DNA from: Sphaerodactylus townsendi
Taxonomy: Eukaryota
Reading direction: 5' to 3'
Length of the DNA stretch: 64,000 nt
NCBI RefSeq assembly: GCF_021028975.2
Contig: NC_059437.1
Coordinates: 37,448,001-37,512,000 of the forward strand
Below the pieces are notes generated by a model. That model had not been told where the DNA came from and made no database searches. It saw nothing but the letters and a program-made list of their open reading frames with translations. The position numbers and the translations under genes are program-made. Shown in pieces: positions 1-10,873 of the stretch. Positions within the stretch are counted from its first letter, which is position 1; every line of letters starts with the position of its first letter.

Positions 1-1020
1 TGTTCCCTTAGAGGAAGGGTGGGGAAAGATCAGGGTGGGGCAAAGATCGATAGGAAGACTGCTAGGGACCGGTTCTGAGGACCCAAGTGGGTACATGTCC
101 TACCAAAATCATGCTAAGTCTGGGGCAGGAGAGGGGGAAAGGAGGTTATTTTCACAAGACACACTGTGTTGGAATGCACACAACGCAGGGCTGCAGCTTC
201 TCCATAAACTTTAAAAATAGGGAACAAACTGAGCACACTCCCTTCCCAAGACAACAGACAGGTGATGCATTAAGTATTTCTCCCTGCAGTTTTACAGGAA
301 TCATTACCCTTCTTTCTATGTCATAATGAGACGAAAAGAAGTGATTCAAACCCTGGAGGTAGAAATGTAAAATGGGGGAGAGGAAACAGGCTGCTCACCC
401 TCTGCGCTAAAATTTCCGGCCTTCAGAACTACTCAAACCTGCCTGAACTATGGACTGGGTCCAACCAGCTTTTCCACTGATGAAAAAGGAAACGGGGTCT
501 CCTTTGACTACCTCGAAGGGTATGTTGTGGGTTACAGGACCTGTACAGACAAAAGCCGTGTGAAATGGCGGGGGTAGTAGCAAGCAGGGGAATTAAGTGA
601 GGCTGAGTGGGAAAAGCTGGCTAAATCCAACCCTTTGAGAATTATTTATTTTATTTTTGCTATTGATAGTCTGTCTTTCTCGCTTGGACTCAAGGCAGAT
701 TATACGGAGTGAGTCAATGCAATTGACAGATGGGCCACACAATCAATTAAGCAAAATCTCCTGTTTGCATAATTAGCATTTGTTACAGTCCATAATTTAT
801 TCAAACTCATTACAGGCACTGCAGCTCCGCCCTTATAATTGCACTCCTCTGGTCTCTGAGACGTGACCGGGCCTTGCCACATTCTTTCAAACGTTAAGGA
901 CTAGAAACCTGTTCCCTTTTCAAAATGAAAGCTGAGATTCTGCACATGCGATACTTCAGAAGAGCCAAAACACACTCACAGACACACACACACTCACACG
1001 GAGCCTCGGGAACGACTTAC

Positions 1021-1657
1021 TCTGCTGAATGGATTTCAGCCCTCGGAGGAAGGTGGCAGCAAAGAGGAAGCAGCATCCGGCTTGATCAAACTGCACCTCT
1101 CCGATGATGCTCAAGGAGGCACCCAAGCAAATGGGCCCCATAGCTGCATACTGCAGCGGGTGGTGGTGCTTCCCCAGTAGCACTTTGGAGAGGGTCAGAG
1201 TGAAGAGCGGCGTGGTGGTGTAGACCATCTGAGCAAAGTCCAGCTGGACGTAGTTGAGGCCCAAGTTCCCAAAAGCTACACTGGTGCAGAAAGTCAAGCT
1301 CAGCAGTAAAACCCGGGCTTTGGCCTCAGGACCGAGGGTAGGGTTTCCTGTCCCTCCAGCCCGGAGTTTGGCCAAAGGTCTGCCCACCACTACCGCTGAC
1401 AGCATGTGCAGGGATGACAGCAGCACAGGGTACCGGAAATTGTGCACAGCGAAGATCCACTTGTTGAGGCTGGACATGGTGGTGCCAGTGGCCAGCCAGA
1501 CAAGCACGGTGGCCACGAGGGGAAGAGCATGCAGAGATGGAGGGGACGGCCTCTGCCCCCCTTGCTGCCCCGGATCTGGCTTCCAAGGAGAGCGCGGCCA
1601 TGCTCCATGGGGAGAGTTCATTCCTGCTTCATTTCTCCTCTGAGAGGGCAGGCACAT
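1021..1657 (-). CDS. SLC35E4: Solute carrier family 35 member E4, first coding exon (remainder is left of the window)
   Basis: ATG at 1657. Translation MCLPSQ...VWLATGTTMSSLNKWIF...LRGLKSIQQ matches human SLC35E4 (SMSSLNKWIF, TTTPLFTL, HHPLQ, LRGLKSVQQ). Donor CAGA|GTAAGT after 1021 (phase 1). Lies next to TCN2 as in mammals. Confidence 0.95.
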
Positions 1658-2353
1658 TGGGGACGGCAGCCTCGTACAATGGGAGCGAGTTCCTTCTCAA
1701 GCAGCTTTGAGCCTGGAGATGCCCCAGATGTGAGTCACCTCCAATTATATTCCCATCTCACTGCTGCAACAGGCTTTCAATCCTCAGCTGACCTTGGTGC
1801 CCACAGAGTGATTTCGCCTCCTGTATCTTTTCCAACAGTCACTCCCAGTGACTCACCAGGATCAAGTTTCTTGCTCCAGCCTGGTGAGGCTCCCTCGCTC
1901 ATTTGGAGATTTTTCTGTAAGATCTGGAACCGAAGCAGAAGAAATGGCAAAGAGCTGGAACTGGGGAACAGTCTGCTTCAAATGGAAGGCAAGCGGTCAT
2001 CTCAGTTTCCCAGGCAATTCTGCTGAACTGGTTCAGTGACCCATGACTCTGCAGTTAACACCGGGCAAAGCTCTTCTGCTTCGTTTCCAACCCACTCTCC
2101 TTGTACGATGCCCGGCTCCAGGACTGGCTGAGCTAGCTCTGTCACAGCTGCTGCCTGCTGCTTGTGCTGGGCAATATGCAATCGGATGCCAGGCACAGAG
2201 GAGCCAGAGGAAAGTCTGATGGTCCTGTGGTTGCTAAACGGCTCCTCCTCTGGCAGCTACAGCTGATGCAAGTGGGTGTCCTTAAAGTGAATGAGGCCGG
2301 GAAGCCGGTGCTCTCTGTGGGCCCGCCCAAGGCGACTCATCTGTTGCTTGTTC
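1658..2353 (-). other. SLC35E4: Probable 5' UTR portion of the SLC35E4 coding exon
   Basis: Strong acceptor on the minus strand (ttttttcccccttgtctcactctgcccttcttcctcccacag|G) at 2354/2353. Continuity with the ATG exon is inferred. Confidence 0.55.
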
Positions 2354-2574
2354 CTGTGGGAGGAAGAAGGGCAGAGTGAGACAAGGGGGAAAAAAACTCA
2401 CCCATCAAGGGCATCCAAAACAATCAGGCATTAGGGTGAAACACCAGAACCTTTGAGAGACTGCCAGAATCCCTACCAGGATAGCCACAAAAATTTTTTC
2501 AAAGGTTTTTATTTGTGTGCCTCTGTTTTCCATGGCAGGGCTCCACCCTGGAAAAACCGAGTTACAGATGAAGA

Positions 2575-2800
2575 CGCTCATTTATGCATATCTTGCATTT
2601 CTCCCTCATGGAGACCCAAAGTAGCTGATCACATTGTTCCTCCTTCTTCCAATGTATCCGTACAACAACCACCTTGTAAGGTAGGCTGGGCAGAGAGACT
2701 GTGATGTGGCCAAGGTCACCTGGCTAGCCTCTAAGACAATGTGAAGGTTTACACTCTGTTATCTCAGATCCTAGTCTGACTATCGAACTTCTCCACGCTG
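2575..2800 (-). mobile_element. Degenerate tRNA-derived SINE (Squam3-like)
   Basis: Reverse complement of the SINE body seen elsewhere (acaacaaccac..gtaaggtaggctggg..agagactgtga..ccaaggtcacc). Confidence 0.6.
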
Positions 2801-3270
2801 CTGGCTCTCTTACACCCACTCCTTTTAGTAGCAGCAAAATGCTTTCCTTTTACTACTGAAAAATGACAGAGTCCCCCCTCCCACCAAAGAAACCAGGCTT
2901 GAAGGAAGGAACTCTAGGCATGCCCAGATGTCTCTTTTTCTGAATATTAAGCACAGAGGCTGGGCCAGTCAGGAAAACACAAATACAGAATGTGCCAGAT
3001 GCAGCATCTAACTTTCAAAAGGGGAAAAAAATTCTGTCTGGCTTTAGTACAAAGTTAAAATCTCTATTTTTAATTAAAATAATTAAAACATTTGTATGAC
3101 AAACCCACAACCCTTAATCAACAGGAAAATTTACATATTATGGACAACATCAAAAAAAAATAAACAACACACTCACAGGGGATCCCAAAAACAAAACTTA
3201 GAAATGAAGTCTCTGTAATGAAGGTATCACTTTCAAAGAGCTCCACCAATGGTATGGGTGTGAATGATAC

Positions 3271-3565
3271 TGTAAAGGATTCAATGGTGTTGATGAGAAG
3301 GGCAGTCGCCTGGCCTTGAGTACATTCCACAGCCCGGGCGATGGGCCAGCTTCTCCGGCGGAGACCTTATCTCTGCGAGGGAGATGAGACCTCCGTTCCC
3401 ATGAGAATCCGGGAGGGGGGATGGGATGGACGGAGTTATAACCTGTGTTTCTGGCGGGAGATCTCATTCCTGCCACTGCGTGTACTTGAGCTTTCTAAGA
3501 TGTCTGAATAAACGGTCTTTTACACCAAAGAGCCTTTTATTTCTGCTTCTATGGAATTCCTTACA
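3271..3565 (+). mobile_element. Solo LTR (295 bp)
   Basis: TG...CA ends with imperfect inverted termini (tgtaaaggattc / gaattccttaca), 5-bp TSD GATAC at 3266-3270 and 3566-3570, internal TTATAA and AATAAA, CpG-rich. Confidence 0.85.
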
Positions 3566-4414
3566 GATACCAAGTGTCTGATGTCAGCAAGTACTCAGCT
3601 TCAGTAGATGGGCTTCATATATTCATAGGTAATTAATTAGCTAGCTAGTTTATTTAATTTATATCCCGCCATCCCCCGAAGGGCTCAGGGTAGCGCACAA
3701 TAATAGTATAAGTAACAACATCAATATCAGCAATATCAATACTAGCAAACATCAATAAGCATCACAATATACAAGAAAAATGCATAGACATGGGCAATAA
3801 AGTCAACAAAATAACAATGTCGTACATTACAAAGTCAGTATCGTACATTACAAAATATACCATCACACAAAATTTATCAATAACATGACCCATTAGCATA
3901 TAATGTAACAGTATCAGCAAAATAACAACAATCATGACATATACATAGCTACATACCAATGGATATCAATAACTAGTACACAATAACATGCCAATATCAT
4001 TAATTAACAGAACATCAATAATCCTGTGTAGAAGCACAAAGCATCAGGATGATGATGAAATAATTCTTGAATGGTTGTCAATAGAAGTTGGAAGTTGACC
4101 CGGGAGAAAACCAATACTTTCGACTGTAATGTCTTCCTCAGCCACTTTAGTCACAATCATTCTATCATAATAATAATAATAATAGTAAATTATTGTGTTT
4201 ATGTTGTTGGTTTATCTTGTTTATTTCATTCACTATTTTCATTATGATAGAATTGTTGTGAGCCAGACAGAATTTTTTTCCCAATCAGGAAAACACCCTA
4301 ACAGGAAACCATGTGGCCTTACCTGGAAATGTCCTTGATGCAGAATTCATGGAGTCAGAGTATGTGGGAATGCAGATGTGCATGTTCTGACGTTGTGATT
4401 CACTGGGGTCTATC

Positions 4415-4654
4415 CAGTGGTGAATTCAAATAATTTAATAACCGGTTCCGGTTGAGTGGGGGAGGGGGACAGCAGTAACCGGCGGGCCCATGGCTTGCCA
4501 CTGGCTGCTGCCACCCCCTCCTCAGTGGGGGAGGGGGCGGCAGCAGCCGGTGGCAAGCCGCAGGCCCACCAGCTATTGGATTACGATTGGTTCGCCCAAC
4601 TGGACAAAAAATTAGCTACCAGTTCTACTGAACCTGTGCGAACCGGCTGAATCC
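4415..4654. mobile_element. Non-autonomous hAT-type DNA transposon (MITE) with internal hairpin
   Basis: Starts cagtggtgaattcaaataattt..accggttc and ends gaaccggctgaatcc. The same terminus occurs inverted at ~63090-63123. Confidence 0.6.
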
Positions 4655-7600
4655 TATCAATAACATGACCCATTAGCATATAATCTATCTCAGAAGCCAG
4701 CAACAGGCCCATTAAGTAAATGACTGACCCATGAAAGCACAAGCCAGATCCCTTTCTGATCACCACAAGTTGCCAAGGAAGGTTTTCAGTTCAAACACGC
4801 ATGTTGCAACTGAGAAAAAACGCACTTTGTAGTAGAGAAGTGAGAACGTGTGACTCTTACCAGCAGTAAATGGCTTTTCCTGGCTAAAACAATGCAAATG
4901 CAAATAAACATTTTAATCACTGCTTTTCTCTGTAACTCACTCATCCTGAGGGCATTTGGCTCATGCCTTTGTACATTTAGCTGAGAACAGCAGCAATTTA
5001 AGCTTTCAATGGAAGTGTGAGTCAGCCACCAGATTCACAAAGATTTTTAGAATGCAAGCTGATCTAGAAATAAACATATGCCTTTAATAGTCAGACTGCA
5101 AATTACCTACAAGCAGAGGAAAGCTAATAAAGAGCAAAGGTTCGTAGGTTTTGTCCTTCTAGTAAAGAATCTACATGCCAGCCACACCGAGACCTAGTTT
5201 CAAACATTTCTCTTTTTAAAAACTTTGCTTGAATTTCCCAAGTGGTTCACAATGAAAGATAGTGCTGTGGGAAGTCGTCAAATGAAGAAAGATCCTGTTC
5301 AATGTTGCTAATGCCTCTTTAACAAAAATCCCAACCTGGCAATTTCTACCTACCTCTGCTCACTGCAATTGAACCATTATAATTCTGGACTGGGTAAAGG
5401 GCTGCCAGTCTTGGGCCAGAGGGGAGGGGGAATCACTTCCCTTAAAACTGGCAGTCCCACTTTGAACCTAATATGATCACGAAAACAGAATTGGATTTGT
5501 GGCTTTAATGTTTGCACTTGTTTTTACTGTACCACTTCTGCTAATTATCTAACAGTTGTGAGAAAATAAAACCACAGTTAGTTGGAGCTGTTAAGCAGCC
5601 ATCAGAGCAAAAAGAGTAATTGTGCACCATCACCAATCCATGTTAAAATAAAGCCATGGGGTTTTCAAGGCAAGAGATCAGACTGATACGGGGAATTAGC
5701 TTGCATGTTTCTGCAGGGAGCAGAAATCTGGAATTTTTTTCCTAGAGAGAGGTAACTGAGAGTAGTGAGTTTCAGGAAAGGGATGACAGAGACCTGATTT
5801 AAAGGTTTTAAAGGAATATGGAGTTTATTGAGGGATTGATACAATAGTAGGGGACTTATCCTAAGCAAACACTAAGCACAGGCAAATTCCTTATTGAAAC
5901 TAACTATATTATAACCATATAATAACAACAACAAAAATCCACCAGAGCTACTTCAGTTTGGAACAGGAGTTACTTTTAAGCTAAATGTGTAAATGTTGGA
6001 AGAATGAGGAAATAGGGTATAGGAAAAGTGGGTCTTCCAGATGTGAGACCTAAGTAGCAAAGAGAAACAAAATACCAGCTTTATGTGTGGTCGTATGTGG
6101 TCTGGAAAATAAGGGAGATAATGCAAGATGGTTAACAGAAATATACTTTTCCTAGTCTTTTCCTAGTTTCCTAGATGAAAGAAGGAACAATCCAGTACAT
6201 TTGGAGTCTGAAGGAAGAATCCAGTCCCATTTGTAGCTAGGCTCAGACTCTGTGATTTCAGCAAGGAAGGAAACAACCCATGAGGGTGGAGCAACAAGCA
6301 GGATCCAGAAAAGGTTTGGAGGCTGAGAAATGGCTTTTATGCACATTCCATTGTATTGAGAAGGGGGCAGTGTGCCTGCTGTGACGGGATTGGGTTCCAG
6401 CTGGAACCTTTCGATCTCACTGGAAAGTTTGCATTTTAGGAGAGTGGAGGATAAAAGGATCTCCCAATATGGACGTGATGAGCCATGCTGAAGAACAGAG
6501 AAATAATCGGAATTAGCAACCTGAAGTGATTAGGCTATGTCTACCAATTTGGCCTGGTTCAACAAAGGACTAGGCAAAGTTTGATGGCCCTTCCTGTATC
6601 TATTATTAATTTACCATGGTGGAAAACCTGATTAACAAAGGCTAATGGCTAACAGCCGTGGCCTCACTTGAAATTAGGTTTCCAGGGAACTTTGCTTTGA
6701 AAGGATGGTCCTGGAAAGCAAGTTATTTTTCTGCAAACCTTGGTTACTAATCATAACCTGAACTTTGATGAGCCCTCAGAAAGCCAAAGAAGAGAAGTAT
6801 TGTCAAGAGAGTGACCTGGGGGTGGGGGGAGGGACTAACCTTCCTCTCCTGTGCATCAGTTTTTCTGTTGCCTGCAGCCTGACATCAATTTCTTTTGTGC
6901 AACAGAGGGATCCCAGAACCACTTTGCAAAGCCCCAGCCTTGTTTCATATATGAAGGTGTCCGATATAAAACTGGACCACTGAATCCAGGGCCACCTACT
7001 CTAGCTGTGCTAGCTCTCAAAGACTTCAGGCACAGAAAGGTCTTGCCCAGCCCTGCTACTATAAATCTTGCCAACTGGAGATGTCGGCATCTGAACTCAG
7101 AACCTCACAAGAACAAAGAACAAAGCATGGGCTCCCACTGACCTAAACATTTCCCATGAACTTCATGTGCCAAACATCCCATACTGCTTTACCAAAGTTA
7201 GAGGTGGGCGGGTGGGGAGATCGTCCATGTGTCAATCATAAACACATCCTGACTCAGGACTAGGTTTTCAGTTCATCCCATCTTAAAAAGATGGTGGTAT
7301 TTAAGCATTTCCCTGGAATCTGAAGGGAACTTCAGATGAGTTTAAGTTTTTCCACTTTAGTGCTGGAAAGAGCAAATGGGTTTGCAAATAATCAGAGGTA
7401 CATTTGCCTGCAACTGAGAATTCACCGCTCACAGCAACCCCCAGGACAACAGCCCCACATCCAAGCAAGACCTTTGACACAACTAACGGAAACAAGCGGT
7501 CCAGCTTTTCCCAGACTATACCACTTCAAGCTGAAGATGGAAGTGAGTTTTTGGAATATCAGGGTGCGGGGAGATGACCCTGCACATAGAAAAACAGCAG

Positions 7601-7769
7601 GTCAAGGCTGCCTCGCCTCTTCGATTCTCTGTGTCTCCTGTCTTCTTTTTTGAATGGGAAGGGACCGGGATTCTTTCTTTCGCTTCATAGTTTATCCCCC
7701 CCCGCCCCCCCAAAGGAGCCCTGAGTGGTCCAGTCTACGACAAGCAGGTCTGCTGACTGCATAAAATGC

Positions 7770-8520
7770 GTGCAATCGTTTGTATCACGTCCGAACCAGT
7801 TCGCTGCTACGCTGTGATTTTCGGAGGGGAGGGGGCGCCGAAACTCGAACGAGACCCCCCCCCCCGGCCGAGGATGCGGCGTCTTCAAGGTGACACCCCC
7901 CACCCCCCGCCTACCTTCCCAAGCGGAGAGCGACGATGCTCCATCTCGAAGGCCGGGCTCGCCCTGCCGCCTAGAGGTTCCCAGCCGAGCGCGGTCCTGC
8001 TAGCAGCCCAAGCGTGACTCCGCGGGATCCGGGGCGAGCCGGGACGCAAAGCTCGCCGGCAGCGGCCGCTCTCGGCTTCCCTGCATCCCCACCGGGCTGG
8101 CATCCGAAAGCTTATTTTCTGCAGCGGCAGCCGGCGGCCCCGTCCTCCGCGTTGCCCTTTAAGCCGCCCCTTTTTGCAAACGGGCGGATCAGAAATGGGG
8201 ACAACAAAGCCGGCGCCTTTGCAGCCTTCCGAAACGAAACCGGGGCGGGGGGCGAGCCCCAGTGCCGAACCGGAGCCGCCGGCCGAAGCTGTCCCACGGG
8301 CCCCCCCTCCTGGGCACGCGGCAGATTGCACCGGCCTCGCAGAAGCGGCTCGGTTGGAGGCTGCAACAACAAGCCGCGGGTGCAGCACTGCGCCAAAGTC
8401 CCCCGTCTCTGCCGGTGCGCCACCGTGACGCAGCTAGGCCTGAGCGCCGCTTACAAGGCTTCCCCGGTGTGGACAGGAGGCCAGCACGACTGTTACTTTC
8501 CTCCAAGTACCGGATGCGCA
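7770..8520 (-). promoter_or_regulatory. CpG island; probable SLC35E4 promoter and non-coding first exon
   Basis: Very GC- and CpG-rich ~750 bp. Minus-strand donor AAG|GTAGGC after 7915. Lies upstream of SLC35E4 and downstream of the TCN2 3' end. Confidence 0.7.
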
Positions 8521-9317
8521 GCTCCACCTGCAGAAATTCAGCTGTGTTTTTCTGCAGGTGGAATAGCGCATCCGGAACATCTCCCTGATTTCCCCCCCTA
8601 GGACTGCCAACAGACCAAGGATGGGGGAAAACGAATGGAGCCCTGCTCCTGTGTCTTTAACAGCAGTTAGATCTGCAGAAATCAGCACAGGTGAACATGT
8701 TGGGAAAGGTATGGAGCCCAATCGTCTCACCTGTTTGGAAGCACAAAACACAAAGAGACAGGAGGCTGAAGGTCACCCATGTACCTGCGCTACTTCATGA
8801 CATGAGCCTATTAATTCAGCCCACCAGACAGACATAGCAAAGGCCTTTCCCCAACATTTCCGGCTACTTATAATAGTGCACTGTTCAATTTGCAGTTGCT
8901 TTAACTATTAAGATATATTTGGACTGTAAACCACTTTGAACACCTGCAGCAGGGCAGTAACTCTTTTATATATCCACAGACCAAAACTTTTAAAAGGGTA
9001 CTGCATGGCTTTTATTTATTTATTGTTTACATTTATATCCTGCCATATCTTGACAACTCAAGGCAGCTTACAATAAAGACAATCCAAAAGTGCAATACCC
9101 CTTTTGTAACCTCCTTCTAAGGTAATAAACCTGTAAACCCTGGTGCTAGGAGGTAGCATCTGGGAAACCTCTATTAGTTTTTTTGGCCTTCGAGGGTAAC
9201 CTATTCGCCACTATATGAAACAAGATGCTGGGTTAGACAGGCTACTGGTCTGCTCCAGAAGGGCTCTTCCTATGGCTTTGGATTTTTCTTTGGAGCAGTT
9301 CCATGCATTCATAACTT

Positions 9318-9612
9318 GAGAGCCAGTGTGGTGGTGTGGTTAAGAGCAGGTGGATTCTAATCTGGAGAACACAGTTTGATTCCCCGCTTCACCACTTGAG
9401 TGGCAGAGGCTCATCTGGTGAACCAGATGTGTTTCTGTACTCCTACATTCCCACTGGGTGACCTTGGGCTAGTCACAGTTCTTCTCTCTTCACAGGACTT
9501 CTCTCAGTTCCACCTACCTCACAAGGTGTCTGTTGTGGGGAAAGGAGTTTGTAAGCCACCTTGAGTCTCCTTACAGGAAAGGCGGGATATAATTCCAAAC
9601 TCCTCCTCTTCT
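9318..9612 (+). mobile_element. tRNA-derived SINE (Squam3-like)
   Basis: A/B-box-like head (gtggtgtggttaaga...gtttgattccc), gggtgaccttgggctagtcac core, ataattccaaactc(ctc)n tail. Confidence 0.85.
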
Positions 9613-9918
9613 ATTTCCTTCCCTCACCCTCCTGTTATGGTGAATGACAGATAAGCACATCTGGTTCTGTGGAGTAAAGCTCCCTTTCTCAAGTGTGTCT
9701 ATTCACATACATGAATTAAATCTATATACACACGCATACTGCAGCAGCTGCTCAGCATCTACCCCATGACCTAAAGCTTTGTTGCTGCATAACCCCTTCT
9801 AAAAACTAGAGTAATTAGAAGCATCAGACCAACCGGTAGTCTGCCTCTTCTAATGACGCTTGCAGTCTTCAAAGGGATACAAAATCCAGAAGAAGAAAAG
9901 GGGGAAAAGAAGCACACA

Positions 9919-9924
9919 TTTATT
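9919..9924 (-). terminator. Candidate TCN2 polyadenylation signal AATAAA
   Basis: TTTATT on the plus strand ~890 nt downstream of the TCN2 stop. A second copy lies at ~9948-9953. Confidence 0.45.
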
Positions 9925-10029
9925 GCTAGACTTTAAAATCTCATTATTTTATTTTGGCAATCTCAGGCTTTGATAGTCATAGTTTATGATTTTTTTAAAA
10001 AAGAGGCACTTAAGCCAAGCCCAGAGGTC

Positions 10030-10331
10030 GAGAGCCTGTGCAGTATAGCACTTAAGAGTGGTGGACTCTAATCTAGAGAACTGGGTTTGACTCCCCACTC
10101 CTCCTCATGAGGCAGACTTTTATCTGGTGAACCAGATATGTTTCCACACTTTTTCATTCCTGCTGGATGATCTTGGGCTGGTCACAGTTCTTTGGAACTC
10201 TCTCAGCTCCACTGGCTTCACAAGGTGCCTGTCGTGGGGAGAGGAAGGGAAGGAGTTTGTAAGCCGCCTTGAGTCTCTTTACAGGAGAGAAAAGTTGGGT
10301 ATAAATTCAAATTCTTCTACTCTTCTTCTTC
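10030..10331 (+). mobile_element. tRNA-derived SINE (Squam3-like), antisense within the probable TCN2 3' UTR
   Basis: Same head, core and (ctt)n tail as 9318-9612. Confidence 0.85.
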
Positions 10332-10811
10332 AGAAAGCATTACTTTAGCATCAATCACAAATCAGCGTGAGCTTAGGAAGCACAATTCTCAGGATCTTCT
10401 GCACTACCTCATGAGGTATACCTCACCATCTTCTTCAACACTGTGAGAGAACCAGGGGTACACTTTCAGATTGTGCACGCAACTCCAGATGAGGGTGGGG
10501 GCAGTGGTAGTGTTTTACTGCAAAATTAAGAACTGCAAAGCCGGGGTGTAGATGCCATCAATCCGCTTCTTGTTTAATTTCACTGCAATCATGGTCTCAG
10601 CAATCAGTGGCATCGGAATTAAGTGTCCACAGAAGGAACATCTTTCTAAGTGCATGGTGATCAGTGTCCAAGCAAGTGAGAGAAAAGCTTAGGAGCCTCA
10701 GAGATGAGGCAGAAAACTCTCTTCAACGGCAGAGTAACTTGTATCCCTGTGGGTGGGGCAGAGGTGGTGCTGCCAGCTGAGAAGATGCCATTGGAATTGG
10801 GGGGGGGGGGG

Positions 10812-10873
10812 TTACCAAGGCGTGAATTTTAAGATAATGGATTCTTCATCTTGTGGGATGTAATCAGCAATAC
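10812..10873 (-). CDS. TCN2: TCN2 coding exon 9 (GIADYIPQDEESIILKFTPW*)
   Basis: Acceptor cttgcag|GT. TAA at 10814-10812. Confidence 0.93.

Noticed and set aside
956-1020. C-terminal SKSFPRLRVSVCVSVSVFWLF of the 233-aa ORF
   Set aside because: Read-through into the intron past the GTAAGT donor, over a (TG)n tract.
1254-2026. Plus-strand ORFs of 129 and 194 aa
   Set aside because: Antisense shadows of the GC-rich SLC35E4 exon; no recognisable protein.
7885-8751. Several 100-195-aa ORFs on both strands
   Set aside because: Expected from stop-poor CpG-island composition; Pro/Ala/Arg/Gly-rich with no domain.
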